DNA of 64,000 bases from the NCBI GenBank assembly GCA_016793645.1, contig JAEUHD010000275.1, positions 596 to 64,595 of the forward strand, in the 5' to 3' direction. Each line of letters starts with the position of its first letter. Within the stretch, counting starts at the first letter, position 1. The notes beneath the pieces were generated by a model. The model saw only the letters and a program-made list of their open reading frames with translations, was not told where the DNA came from and did not search any database. The stretch comes from Verrucomicrobiales bacterium. GTDB lineage: Bacteria > Verrucomicrobiota > Verrucomicrobiia > Limisphaerales > UBA9464. A program made the translations under genes and the position numbers. Shown in pieces: positions 39,574 through 49,419 of this stretch.

Positions 39574-42156
39574 ATGCCTACCCTTTACCCCACGTCGACC
39601 TGTGGAACCCTGATCGCCTTGGCATTGCTGGCCGAAGTTGTTGGGACGTCGTCTTCAACCGTTTCCGCGGCGCCGCTCTCCATTCAATTCCGGTCCAATG
39701 CGACCAATCTGGTGCTGAACTCGGGGGACGCCCACCAGCAGTTGCTGGCCACCGGGGCGGGGGATCTGGATCTGACGCGGACCGTCACGTGGACCTCCGC
39801 TCCGGAGGGCGTCGTCGCCATCGACAAGAGCGGACGGGTGACACCGGTCGCCGACGGCACTGCCGACGTTATCGCCACCACTTCGGCGGGAGTCTCGGCA
39901 AAGTTTCCGGTTTCCGTGGTCCATTCGGGCAGTCCGGCTCCCATCCATTTTGCAAACCAGATTGTCCCCGTATTCACCAAGTACGGATGCAATGGCGGCG
40001 GATGTCACGGCAAGGCGGCCGGACAGAACGGATTCCGGTTGTCGCTGCTGGGTTTTGAACCTGGGGAGGACTATGAACATCTGGTCAAGGAAGCCCGCGG
40101 CCGTCGCCTGTTCCCCGCGGCCCCGGAGCGCAGCCTGCTGTTGACCAAGGGGACCGCCCAGGTGCCGCACGGGGGCGGACGCCGCATCGAACCCGGGTCC
40201 GATGACTACAAGCTGCTGGTCCGATGGATTGCGCAGGGAATGCCTCTGGGTGCAGCGGACGCCCCGGCCGTCACCCGCGTTGAAGTGTTCCCTACTGAAC
40301 GGACACTTCCGCTCAACGGGGAACAGCAGTTGGTTGTCACGGCGCACTACGCGGATGGATCGACCGAGGATGTCACGCGCAGTGCGCTCTATGAGCCGAA
40401 TGACAAGGACATGGCCTCCGCGGATGCCCTGGGCCGGGTGCACGTGTTCAACCAACCGGGAGAAGTGGCGGTCATGGTCCGCTACCAGGGCAAGGTGGCG
40501 GTCTTTCGCGGGACGGTTCCGCTGGGGGTCGAGGTGGCGACGCTGCCTCCCGCCCGCACGTTCGTGGATGAACTGGTGTTCCGGCAGTTGAAGAAGGTCG
40601 GTTTGCCGCCCAGTGAAGTGGCGGACGACGCCACGTTCCTCAGGCGTGTCACCATCGACATCGCGGGGCGTATTCCGACCTTGGAGGAGCAGGAGGCCTT
40701 CTTCAAGGACTGTGCCCAGCGTCGCCAGGGAGCCTTGAAGCCCTCCGATGATCGGATCCCATCCGAACCCACTCCGGCCACGGCGGCCGCCCGGGACGCC
40801 GTCATTGACCGGTTGCTGGCGAGTCCGGACTACGCCGAATACTTTGCCAACAAATGGTCCGCCCTCCTGCGCAACCGCCGGAGCGATGCCAGGCAGGCCC
40901 GGGGGACGCTGGCATTCCATGACTGGATTCGGGAGTCGATGCTCCGCAACAAGCCCTATGACCAGTTTGTACGGGAGATCATCTCCGCCTCCGGAGATAT
41001 CCAGGAGAATCCGCCGGTGGCGTGGTACCGGCAGGTGAAGTCGCTCCAAAACCAACTGGAGGACACCGCACAACTGTTCCTCGGTCAGCGGCTCCAGTGC
41101 GCGCAGTGTCACCATCATCCCTATGAGCGCTGGAGCCAGGCCGACTACTGGGGGTTTGGCGCCTTCTTTTCCCAGGTGTCCTACCGCCCGGGGACGCAGC
41201 CGGGGGAGGAAACCCTGGTGCATCGGCGCGGCATGCCGCAGGCGACCAACAAGAAGACCGGGAAGCCGGTTCCTCCGGCCGGACTCGGGGACCCCATTCC
41301 GGGATTGTCGCCCGACCAGGATCCACGCGAAGCCCTCGCCGATTGGATGACCCGTCCGGAGAACCGGTTTCTCGCCCGGGCCCTGGTCAACCGTTATTGG
41401 AAGCACTTCTTCAATCGGGGCCTCGTTGACCCCGAGGACGACGTGCGCGACACGAATCCCGCCACCAATCCGGAACTGCTCGACGCCCTCGCGTCCCGCT
41501 TCGTGAAGAGTGGCTTTGACCTGAAGGAACTGGTCCGGACGTTGACGCGGTCCACCGTGTATCAGTTGAGCGCCGTTCCGAACGCCCACAACGCCCGGGA
41601 TCGTCATCACTTTTCCCGCTACTACCCGCGGCGAATGAATGCCGAGGTGCTGTACGATTCCCTGAACCTACTGGCGGGAGCCGACGTGAAGTTTGACAGC
41701 CTTCCACCGGGGACGCGGGCCGTGGCGCTTCCGGACAACAGCTTCAATGCCGGCAATTATTTCCTGACCGTGTTTGGCCGTCCGGACAGCGCCAGCGCGT
41801 GCGAATGTGAACGCAGCGCCGATGCATCCCTCAGCCAGAGCCTCCATCTGTTGAACGCGAAGGACATTCAGGATCGCCTAGCTTCGGATTCCGGACGGGC
41901 GATGCGTCTGGCGAAGGAACCGGGAAACGCCGACGCAGGCAGCATCACCCGGCTCTATCAACTGGCCTATGCGCGGACGCCGCAGCCCGATGAATTGAAG
42001 ATCTCCCTCGATTATCTCGCCAAACGGACCGCAGCGGCGAAACCAGGGAAGGACGATGCAGAGACCGCGGCCAACCGGCTGAAGGCGCGGCGCGAAGGGT
42101 TCGAAGACACGCTTTGGGCCCTGCTCAACACGAAGGAGTTCCTGTTCAATCATTGA
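39574..42156 (+). CDS. DUF1549/DUF1553 (PSD2/PSD1) protein with two Big_2-like Ig domains
   Basis: GCNGGGCHG, GFRLSLLGFEP, FLRRVTIDIAGRIPT, CAQCHHHPYERW, LVNRYWKHFFNRGLVDPEDD and TNPELLDALA. Ig-like segments VTWTS...SGRV and VVTAHYADGSTEDVT. Confidence 0.9.
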   Translation: MPTLYPTSTCGTLIALALLAEVVGTSSSTVSAAPLSIQFRSNATNLVLNSGDAHQQLLATGAGDLDLTRTVTWTSAPEGVVAIDKSGRVTPVADGTADVIATTSAGVSAKFPVSVVHSGSPAPIHFANQIVPVFTKYGCNGGGCHGKAAGQNGFRLSLLGFEPGEDYEHLVKEARGRRLFPAAPERSLLLTKGTAQVPHGGGRRIEPGSDDYKLLVRWIAQGMPLGAADAPAVTRVEVFPTERTLPLNGEQQLVVTAHYADGSTEDVTRSALYEPNDKDMASADALGRVHVFNQPGEVAVMVRYQGKVAVFRGTVPLGVEVATLPPARTFVDELVFRQLKKVGLPPSEVADDATFLRRVTIDIAGRIPTLEEQEAFFKDCAQRRQGALKPSDDRIPSEPTPATAAARDAVIDRLLASPDYAEYFANKWSALLRNRRSDARQARGTLAFHDWIRESMLRNKPYDQFVREIISASGDIQENPPVAWYRQVKSLQNQLEDTAQLFLGQRLQCAQCHHHPYERWSQADYWGFGAFFSQVSYRPGTQPGEETLVHRRGMPQATNKKTGKPVPPAGLGDPIPGLSPDQDPREALADWMTRPENRFLARALVNRYWKHFFNRGLVDPEDDVRDTNPATNPELLDALASRFVKSGFDLKELVRTLTRSTVYQLSAVPNAHNARDRHHFSRYYPRRMNAEVLYDSLNLLAGADVKFDSLPPGTRAVALPDNSFNAGNYFLTVFGRPDSASACECERSADASLSQSLHLLNAKDIQDRLASDSGRAMRLAKEPGNADAGSITRLYQLAYARTPQPDELKISLDYLAKRTAAAKPGKDDAETAANRLKARREGFEDTLWALLNTKEFLFNH

Positions 42157-42203
42157 ACCCACCGGGCTGTCGCTGATTGACCCGGGAGATCCAACGCAAT
42201 CCC

Positions 42204-42527
42204 ATGCACGTCACAACGACCTTTGAGTTCCAGGGCTACCGGATTACCGAGTACAAGGGCATGGTGCGCGGAATCATTGTTCGCTCGCCTACAATCGCCC
42301 AGGGCATCCTGGGCGGCCTGAAAAACATCGTGGGCGGCACCATCGGGGCGTACACCGAAATGTGCGAGCAGGCCCGCAGGCAGGCCCACGATTCGATGAT
42401 CGCCCACGCGGCGGCGATGGGCGCCAACGCGGTGGTGGGCGTGCGTTATGACGCAACGGAACTGGGCCAGGCCACCGCCACGGAGGTCCTCTGCTACGGA
42501 ACGGCGGTTGTCATCGCTCCCGCCTGA
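42204..42527 (+). CDS. YbjQ (UPF0145) family protein
   Basis: VTTTFEFQGYRITEYKGMVRG...GGLKNIVGG...GANAVVGVRYD...EVLCYGTAV. Confidence 0.92.
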   Translation: MHVTTTFEFQGYRITEYKGMVRGIIVRSPTIAQGILGGLKNIVGGTIGAYTEMCEQARRQAHDSMIAHAAAMGANAVVGVRYDATELGQATATEVLCYGTAVVIAPA

Positions 42528-42658
42528 TGGGCGTGGCGTAGCCCCACAGGGCGCCGGATTGGTTCCACCTGGACCGTTCGAGGCTGCGGATGGGAATGCG
42601 GACGTTGTTCAAGCAAGGCGTTCGACAAATTCCGGAATGACTTCTCAATTGCGGTGAG

Positions 42659-43933
42659 ATGGGCAAAGCGGGTACCCGAGGGGCAGTGAATTCTGATTCT
42701 GCGGCGATGCGACCCCAGCCACCCGACCTCCGAAGAAGCCGGCCCTCCGAAGTGGCGGTGGACCGGGCGGGATGGAAAACGCCCTGGGTCCACCTGAAGT
42801 ACTACAGTTCGAGCCCCACCTTGTACCCGGCCATGATCCGGGATGCCTCGCCGGATGCCGGGCCCGGCGCGTGGGTTCAGGTCTATGACCGCGATGGACG
42901 CCATTTCGGCGCGGGACTCTGGAATCCAAGAGCCCGGGTCCCGTTGCGGATGGTCCACTACGGAGTGGACTCCACCGGTGAGGAGGAACTGCAGCGACTG
43001 CTCGAGCAGGCAGTCCAGTTTCGTCTGGCCACGCTCAACCTTCCCGCGGTCACCGACGCCTTTCGCGTGGTGAATTCCGACGGCGACGGACTCGGAGGAC
43101 TCATCGTGGATCGCTTCGGGGAATGCCTGAGTGTGCAGGTTCACAGTCTGGGAATGGCGCAGAGGCTTCTGGGATGGATTCCCACGTTGCATGCACGGCT
43201 GGGAACGAAGCGCGCGGTCTTTGAAGTGGACCCTGCCATCGGGCGCCAGGAGGGGATTTCCCCGAAGTTGCTGGTCTCGGATCCGGTGCGCTCCGTGAAG
43301 ATCCAGGAGCATGGACTCCGCTACGAGGTGGATTTTTCCACCGGACACAAGACCGGGTACTTCTGCGACCAACGCGAGAATCGCCGGCGCCTTGCCGGGT
43401 TGACCGAGGGGAAGCGGGTTCTGGACCTGTGCTGCTACACGGGCGGCTTTTCCATTTCCGCCAAGGTCACCGGCAAGGCCGCGGAGGTTACCGGGGTCGA
43501 TCTCGATGAGAAGGCCATCGCCCAGGCCCGCCGGAACATGAACCTGAACTCCGCGCGCATCGATTGGGTCCACTGCGACGCCTACAGTTATGCGCGGCAG
43601 ATGCGAAAGGATGGGCGCCGCTTTGATGTCGTGGTGCTCGATCCACCGAAGCTGGTGTTTGATCGCGAAACGGAGGCTGAGGCCCTGAAGAAGTACGAGG
43701 ATTTGAACATTCTCGGAATCTCCATCACCGAACCGGGGGGATTCCTGGTGACCTGCTCCTGTTCGGGTCAGCTCCCCGCGGAGGAATTTGAACGCATCGT
43801 GATCCGCGGCGCGCAGAAACTGGACCGGAAACTCCAGGTGCTCGACCGGACGGGTGCCGGATGGGATCACCCCGTCCTGTCCAACTGTCCTGAAGGCCGG
43901 TACCTGAAGGTGGTTTGGGCCCGGGTCCTTTAG
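42659..43933 (+). CDS. rlmI: RlmI-family 23S rRNA m5C methyltransferase (PUA + class I MTase)
   Basis: VNSDGDGLGGLIVDRF, GHKTGYFCDQRENR, LDLCCYTGGF, VLDPPK and catalytic-type TCSCS motif. The start may be ATG 42707. Confidence 0.85.
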   Translation: MGKAGTRGAVNSDSAAMRPQPPDLRRSRPSEVAVDRAGWKTPWVHLKYYSSSPTLYPAMIRDASPDAGPGAWVQVYDRDGRHFGAGLWNPRARVPLRMVHYGVDSTGEEELQRLLEQAVQFRLATLNLPAVTDAFRVVNSDGDGLGGLIVDRFGECLSVQVHSLGMAQRLLGWIPTLHARLGTKRAVFEVDPAIGRQEGISPKLLVSDPVRSVKIQEHGLRYEVDFSTGHKTGYFCDQRENRRRLAGLTEGKRVLDLCCYTGGFSISAKVTGKAAEVTGVDLDEKAIAQARRNMNLNSARIDWVHCDAYSYARQMRKDGRRFDVVVLDPPKLVFDRETEAEALKKYEDLNILGISITEPGGFLVTCSCSGQLPAEEFERIVIRGAQKLDRKLQVLDRTGAGWDHPVLSNCPEGRYLKVVWARVL

Positions 43934-43966
43934 GTCGGCCCGGAGCGGGTTGCCCGGGGATCTTCC

Positions 43967-44887
43967 TTATCGATCCTTGGCAACAAACTCGCAGACCAGC
44001 GGCCGGTGGTCGGAGGCCAACCCCCAATGCGGCGTGGCGAGGACGTAGCTTCCCTCGGGACGCCATTCCCGGGCCATGCCCTTGCTCAGGAGGATGTAGT
44101 CAATCCGGCTGTAGGTGTCCTCCTTCCCGTAGTGGTGGGTCCAGGTGACGGTCCGCTGGCCTTCGGAGCGCTGGGATTCATTCGATCGCTCACCCGGACG
44201 TGAGTCGAGCAGGGACGTCCGTCCGCGGCCGATCAGCGTCCGAATCGTGGGGGTATCCTGGGTGTCATTGAAGTCCCCGCAGACGATCACGTTGGCCTGT
44301 GGAGAACCCTCGAGAATGCCGTCCACGGTTCGCCGGAGAATCCGGGACTCCGCCTCTCGCATCTCGGATTCATCGGCCAGCACGGACTGACGCCGGGACT
44401 TCAGGTGGGTTGTGACCAGGGTGAACCGGTACCGGGGCGACACTTCGATGTCGAGTTCGGCGATGCCGCGGCTCGTGAAGAAACGTCGGCCGTTCAGCAG
44501 GTAGGATTCGCGGACATGGGGCCGTCGGGCGGTGATGGGAAAGCGGCTGAGCACCCCCACGAAGATATTGGTGTCCCAGCCCGACACATGCTCGACGTGG
44601 GGCAGGGTCAGGCCGCGCTCCCGGAGTCGGGCCTGCAATTCATCCAGCGCGCCGCGATCACCCACTTCCTGAAGGGCGAGAACGTCGGGGTGGATCTGGA
44701 CGATTTCCTCCACGACCTGCCGGCGACTTTCCGGGGACTTCGCAGTGCGGTTGCCGAAGGGATGAAGGTGGTAGTTCTCGAGGTTGAAGGTGGCCACCCG
44801 GAAGTCCTCCGGGTCCCCGGCGGAAACGAAGGGTGCCCTGAGTGCCAGGACCCCCAGAACCAGGACCTGGATCCATCGCCACACCAT
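43967..44887 (-). CDS. Secreted endonuclease/exonuclease/phosphatase (EEP) family protein
   Basis: Signal peptide, ATFNLENY, DVLALQEV, HLKS, CGDFND, IDYIL and SDH. Confidence 0.9.
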   Translation of the reverse strand: MVWRWIQVLVLGVLALRAPFVSAGDPEDFRVATFNLENYHLHPFGNRTAKSPESRRQVVEEIVQIHPDVLALQEVGDRGALDELQARLRERGLTLPHVEHVSGWDTNIFVGVLSRFPITARRPHVRESYLLNGRRFFTSRGIAELDIEVSPRYRFTLVTTHLKSRRQSVLADESEMREAESRILRRTVDGILEGSPQANVIVCGDFNDTQDTPTIRTLIGRGRTSLLDSRPGERSNESQRSEGQRTVTWTHHYGKEDTYSRIDYILLSKGMAREWRPEGSYVLATPHWGLASDHRPLVCEFVAKDR

Positions 44888-44948
44888 GGAAGACCTCGAT
44901 TCGGATGGCAGGGCGGGAACGGGATGCGTCCGGACACGCCGGAATCGG

Positions 44949-45578
44949 CTATTCCTGAAGTCCGGCTTTGCGGAGCTTCGGGGCGATCACCCGCTGGCAG
45001 TAGGGGTTTCGATCCTTGTTCAAGCGGTAGTAGTTCTGATGGTAGTTCTCCGCGGGATAAAACTCGGTGGCCCGCGTAATCTCGGTGACGATGGGCTTGG
45101 AAAACTCCTTTCCAGCGTCCGCCTTGGATTTCTCGGCAATTGCCCGCTGTTCGTCGGTGTAGAAGAAGATGGCGGAACGATACTGCGTTCCCGCATCCGC
45201 TCCCTGACGGTTGAGGCTCGTGGGATCGTGAACGTGCCAGAACTTCGCCAGAATCTTCCCGAGATCGGTGACCTTGGGGTCATAGACGAGGAGGGCGACT
45301 TCGGCATGGCCCGTTTCCCCCGTGCACACCTGGTCGTAGGTGGGATCCTTGACGGTTCCCCCCATGTATCCGGAGGTGACGGACAACACTCCGGGAATCT
45401 GCTGATAGACCGCCTCCGTGCACCAGAAACACCCCGCGCCGAGCGTGATTCTTTCGGCGCCCGCCGGCACGGAAGGCACCGTTGCCGGCTTCTTCGGGGA
45501 CGGGACGGGCACCGGTTGCCCGAGGCACAGTTGAACGCCGATCCAAGGGAGAAGGCAGAGCCAGAGGATTCGTTTCAT
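44949..45578 (-). CDS. msrA: Exported peptide methionine-(S)-sulfoxide reductase
   Basis: Signal-like N-terminus MKRILWLCLL, then [39 protein letters not shown] and C-terminal YC. Confidence 0.95.
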   Translation of the reverse strand: MKRILWLCLLPWIGVQLCLGQPVPVPSPKKPATVPSVPAGAERITLGAGCFWCTEAVYQQIPGVLSVTSGYMGGTVKDPTYDQVCTGETGHAEVALLVYDPKVTDLGKILAKFWHVHDPTSLNRQGADAGTQYRSAIFFYTDEQRAIAEKSKADAGKEFSKPIVTEITRATEFYPAENYHQNYYRLNKDRNPYCQRVIAPKLRKAGLQE

Positions 45579-45795
45579 CGGAAATGGTGTCGCCCGGGGA
45601 ACTCTCCATCCGCAGACCCAGGGGATCGGAGGTGACCGGACTGCGGAATGATGACAGGACGTTCGGCCCGGATCAATGTCGCCGGCCCCGGGAAACACTC
45701 CCCAGAATCGGTGATCCCCGCGGCGGACTTCTCCCTTGCCGGCGCCTCGGATCGGGCCGGATGATCCTCGGGTGTTCGCTCGATTCCCCCTCTGG

Positions 45796-46494
45796 ATGGC
45801 TCCGTCGCCAGCGGCCCGGAGGGTGGTTCCCTTCGCCGTCTTCGTCGCCCTGACCTCGCTTCAGGGGAGCATGGGCCTGGGCGAAGGCTCCCGCTATTGG
45901 ATCTATCTGCTGAAGACCCTGGTGGGTGCGTGGATGGTCTGGGCACTTTGGAAGCAACTTCCCGAATGCCGGTGGTCGTTCAGCTGGGAGGCGGTCGCGG
46001 TGGGTGTGATCATCTTTGGCCTGTGGGTGGGACTCGAGGGCCATTACCCGTCGCTCACGGATCTTTTTGCACGTCTGGGATTGGGGAAGGGGGATTCCGC
46101 CGAACATCTGCCCCAGCCTTGGAATCCACATGCCTACTTTGGTTCGGGCAGCGGACTGGCCTGGGCGATGATCGGGCTCCGCATTGTGGGATCGACCCTC
46201 GTCGTGCCGCCCATCGAGGAGGTCTTTTACCGATCCTTTCTCTACCGCTACCTGGCGGATCCCAAATGGGAGACCGTGCCGCTGAATCGGTGGAGTCCGG
46301 TGGCTTTCCTGATCACCTCCGTCGCTTTTGGGATGGTGCACAAGGAATGGCTTCCAGGAATCCTGTGCGGGGCGGCATATCAGGGGCTGGTTCTGCGCAA
46401 GAACCGCCTCGGCGACGCCATGACCGCCCATGCCATCACCAACCTCCTCCTGGGGATCTGGGTGGCATGGAAGGCCGCGTGGAACTTCTGGTGA
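45796..46494 (+). CDS. CAAX prenyl protease-related (CPBP/Abi) membrane protein, resembling the exosortase-associated type
   Basis: Multiple TM helices, PPIEEVFYRSFLYR, FGMVH and AHAITNLLL. Stop overlaps the next start (TGATG). Confidence 0.85.
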   Translation: MAPSPAARRVVPFAVFVALTSLQGSMGLGEGSRYWIYLLKTLVGAWMVWALWKQLPECRWSFSWEAVAVGVIIFGLWVGLEGHYPSLTDLFARLGLGKGDSAEHLPQPWNPHAYFGSGSGLAWAMIGLRIVGSTLVVPPIEEVFYRSFLYRYLADPKWETVPLNRWSPVAFLITSVAFGMVHKEWLPGILCGAAYQGLVLRKNRLGDAMTAHAITNLLLGIWVAWKAAWNFW

Positions 46495-48101
46495 TGAAGG
46501 AAACCGCGCTTCCGCCCTGTGTCGTGTTTGAGGACGCCGATCTTTTGGTCGTCCACAAGCCCCCGGGATGGAACACCCACTCGCCGGCGCCGTTCGCGGG
46601 CGAGGGAATCTACGAGTGGTTTCGGAACCGTTCTCCCCGGTGGGAACGGCTGGCGATCATTCATCGCCTCGACAAGGACACCAGTGGTCTTCTGGTGTTC
46701 GGAAAGACAGCCGAGGCCAATCGGTCCCTCACCGAGCAGTTCGCCCGCCGCAAGGTCCACAAGGAATACGTCCTCGTGACGGACCGGACGGTCAACCGGG
46801 ATTCGTGGGTCATACAATCCAACATCCGCAGGGTGGGGGACCGATATGTCTCCGGTTCGCCTCAGGACGGCGGTGATCCTGCGGAAACCCGGTTTCGGGT
46901 CCTGAGGTCGGACGAGAGTGGAACCTGGATTGCCGCGGAGCCGGTCACGGGGCGGACCCACCAAATCCGGGTCCATGCCTCCTCCCATGGTTTTCCAATT
47001 CTGGGGGACACACTTTACGGAGGTGCACCCGCGCATCGGCTTCATCTCCATTCGGGACGCCTCCGCCTGTTCCACCCCCGGTCCGGCGAGGCCTTGGAAT
47101 GGGAGGTGCCCCCGGAGTTTTCTTCCCCGGCATCCGGACTGTTGCGCCGGGCCATGATCACACCCTCGGAGACGGATGCCTGCCGAAGAATCCATGGCGC
47201 CGCGGACGGTGTTCCCGGAAGGTATTTGGACCAGTTGGGGCGTTGGTCGCTGGTCGAGGGCGAAGGGGAGGCTCCTTCGGAGTCCGAGGTGCGGAACCTG
47301 CTGGAGCGGTCGAGTGTGGAATCGGAGGGGGTCTACTTCAAAGCCCTTCGAAGGCACGTGCGTCAGACGGCGCCCGGGGATGCCTGTCCGTCCCTGAGGG
47401 GCGGGGTTGAAGCACCCTCGCGTTTCGAGATCCGTGAAAACGGCCTGCGATTTGAACTGAGTTTTCAGGAAGGGTACTCGACGGGGATTTTCCTGGATCA
47501 GCGCGACAATCGCCGGCGTCTGCTGACCCGGCATGTGGGCGCCGGCTTCCCCTGGAGTCCGGGTGGCGACGGGATGCCCGGGGAGTTGCTGAACTGCTTC
47601 GCCTACACGTGTGCCTTCAGCGTCGCCGGTGCGGCCGGGGGCATGAGGACGACCAGCCTCGATCTCTCCCGAAAATATCTGGATTGGGGTCGCCGGAATT
47701 TCGTCCTAAACGGACTCGACCCCGCCGGGCACGACTTCATCTACGGCGATGTCTTCGACTGGCTGGGCCGTCTCGCGAAGAAGGCGCGGCGATTCCAAGC
47801 CATCGTGCTGGACCCTCCCACCTTCTCGCGTTCGCGGGAACACGGGGATTTCCGCGCCGAGTCTGATTACGGAGACCTGGTCCAACTCGCGTTGCCCCTC
47901 CTGGCTCCCGGGGGAATCCTCCTGGCCTCCACCAACGCATCCCGGCTGTCCCCAGAAGACTTCGTCGCCGCCGTTCGGATGGCCATCAACGGATCCGGGC
48001 GTCGGTGCCTTGCCGAGCTGTACATCCCGCAACCACCGGATTTTCCGATCACCCGGGACGAACCCGCGCACCTGAAGACGTTCTGGTGCGCCGTTTCCTA
48101 A
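46494..48101 (+). CDS. Fusion: RluA-family pseudouridine synthase + RlmK/RlmQ-like SAM-dependent methyltransferase
   Basis: N-half VHKPPG, IHRLDKDTSG, GRTHQIRVH, GDTLYG and LHLH. C-half STGIFLDQRDNR, LNCFAYTCAF, DLSRKYLDWGRRNF and LDPPTFS. The track's start at 45897 is an overlap artefact. Confidence 0.88.
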   Translation: MKETALPPCVVFEDADLLVVHKPPGWNTHSPAPFAGEGIYEWFRNRSPRWERLAIIHRLDKDTSGLLVFGKTAEANRSLTEQFARRKVHKEYVLVTDRTVNRDSWVIQSNIRRVGDRYVSGSPQDGGDPAETRFRVLRSDESGTWIAAEPVTGRTHQIRVHASSHGFPILGDTLYGGAPAHRLHLHSGRLRLFHPRSGEALEWEVPPEFSSPASGLLRRAMITPSETDACRRIHGAADGVPGRYLDQLGRWSLVEGEGEAPSESEVRNLLERSSVESEGVYFKALRRHVRQTAPGDACPSLRGGVEAPSRFEIRENGLRFELSFQEGYSTGIFLDQRDNRRRLLTRHVGAGFPWSPGGDGMPGELLNCFAYTCAFSVAGAAGGMRTTSLDLSRKYLDWGRRNFVLNGLDPAGHDFIYGDVFDWLGRLAKKARRFQAIVLDPPTFSRSREHGDFRAESDYGDLVQLALPLLAPGGILLASTNASRLSPEDFVAAVRMAINGSGRRCLAELYIPQPPDFPITRDEPAHLKTFWCAVS

Positions 48102-48162
48102 TCCCTCCCGCGATCAACTGCCTCTTTCGCGTCCGCGGTCCTCGGGGTAGGGTGCGCCGGAC

Positions 48163-49365
48163 GTGAAGAAGCGATCGTTTGATGAGATTCCCCGGGTCCT
48201 GGAGGACATCCGGCGGGGGAAGATGGTGATCGTGGTGGATGACGAGGACCGGGAGAACGAAGGCGATCTGGTGGTGGCCGCAGAGAAGGCCACGCCCACC
48301 ACGGTCAACTTCATGGCAAAGTTTGGGCGCGGATTGATCTGCGTACCCGCGTCCGAGGACCGCTTGAGGCAGTTGGGCATCGAGGAGATGGTTTCCCAGA
48401 ACCGGGAGACCTTTCAGACCGCCTTCCAGGTGAGCGTGGACGCGGCGCGGGGGATTACCTCCGGCATCAGTGCCGCCGACCGGGCCCGTACGATCCGGGT
48501 CCTCGCGAATCCGCGAGCCGTGGCGGAGGACCTCAAGAAACCCGGGCATATCTTTCCGCTTCGGGCGAAGTCCGGAGGAGTGCTGCAGCGCGCCGGGCAC
48601 ACGGAGGCGGCCGTTGATCTGGCCCGGCTCGCCGGATGCCGCCCCGTCGGGGTCATCTGCGAGATCATGAGCGACGATGGCACCATGGCGCGTCTGCCGG
48701 AATTGCGCCGATTCGCCAAGCGACATGGGCTCCGGATTTGTTCGATCGAGCAGTTGATCGAATTCCGGCGGGCTTCGGATCGCTTGGTCGAACGGATGGA
48801 GACGATCCGGATGCCCACGGACTACGGTGAGTTCGATCTTCACCTCTACCGATCCAAGATCGACGGACTTCACCATCTGGCGTTGGTCAAGGGCGAGGTC
48901 AAGGGACAGAAGGGCGTCCTGGTTCGGGTCCACAGCGAATGCCTGACGGGTGATGTGTTCGGGTCCCGCCGGTGTGACTGCGGTCCGCAATTGCATGCCG
49001 CGATGCGGCGTATCGAGGAGGAAGGGCGGGGGGTGATCCTGTACATGCGCCAGGAGGGAAGGGGAATCGGCCTGCCCGCCAAGCTCCGCGCCTATCGGTT
49101 GCAGGAACAGGGACTGGATACGGTGGACGCCAATCTCAGGTTGGGGTTTCCCATGGACCTCCGGGATTACGGGGTGGGTGCACAAATGCTGTGCGATCTC
49201 GGCCTGAAAACGATTCGATTGCTGACCAACAATCCCAAGAAGGTGGTCGGACTTCAGGGATACGGTTTGGAAATCGTCGAGCAGCTTCCCATCCGGGTGA
49301 ATCCAAATCCCCACAACGCAGCGTACCTGAAGACCAAGCGAGATCGGATGGGTCATCTCCTCTGA
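48163..49365 (+). CDS. ribBA: Bifunctional DHBP synthase / GTP cyclohydrolase II
   Basis: VDDEDRENEGDL, RAGHTEA, VICEI, VRVHSECLTGDVFGSRRCDCG, LYMRQEGRGIG and LTNNP. Confidence 0.97.
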   Translation: MKKRSFDEIPRVLEDIRRGKMVIVVDDEDRENEGDLVVAAEKATPTTVNFMAKFGRGLICVPASEDRLRQLGIEEMVSQNRETFQTAFQVSVDAARGITSGISAADRARTIRVLANPRAVAEDLKKPGHIFPLRAKSGGVLQRAGHTEAAVDLARLAGCRPVGVICEIMSDDGTMARLPELRRFAKRHGLRICSIEQLIEFRRASDRLVERMETIRMPTDYGEFDLHLYRSKIDGLHHLALVKGEVKGQKGVLVRVHSECLTGDVFGSRRCDCGPQLHAAMRRIEEEGRGVILYMRQEGRGIGLPAKLRAYRLQEQGLDTVDANLRLGFPMDLRDYGVGAQMLCDLGLKTIRLLTNNPKKVVGLQGYGLEIVEQLPIRVNPNPHNAAYLKTKRDRMGHLL

Positions 49366-49419
49366 CAGCCGCCGGGATCCGTCGTGGCGAATCGGTGCAA
49401 TCTCCGACATGTTTTCCCC

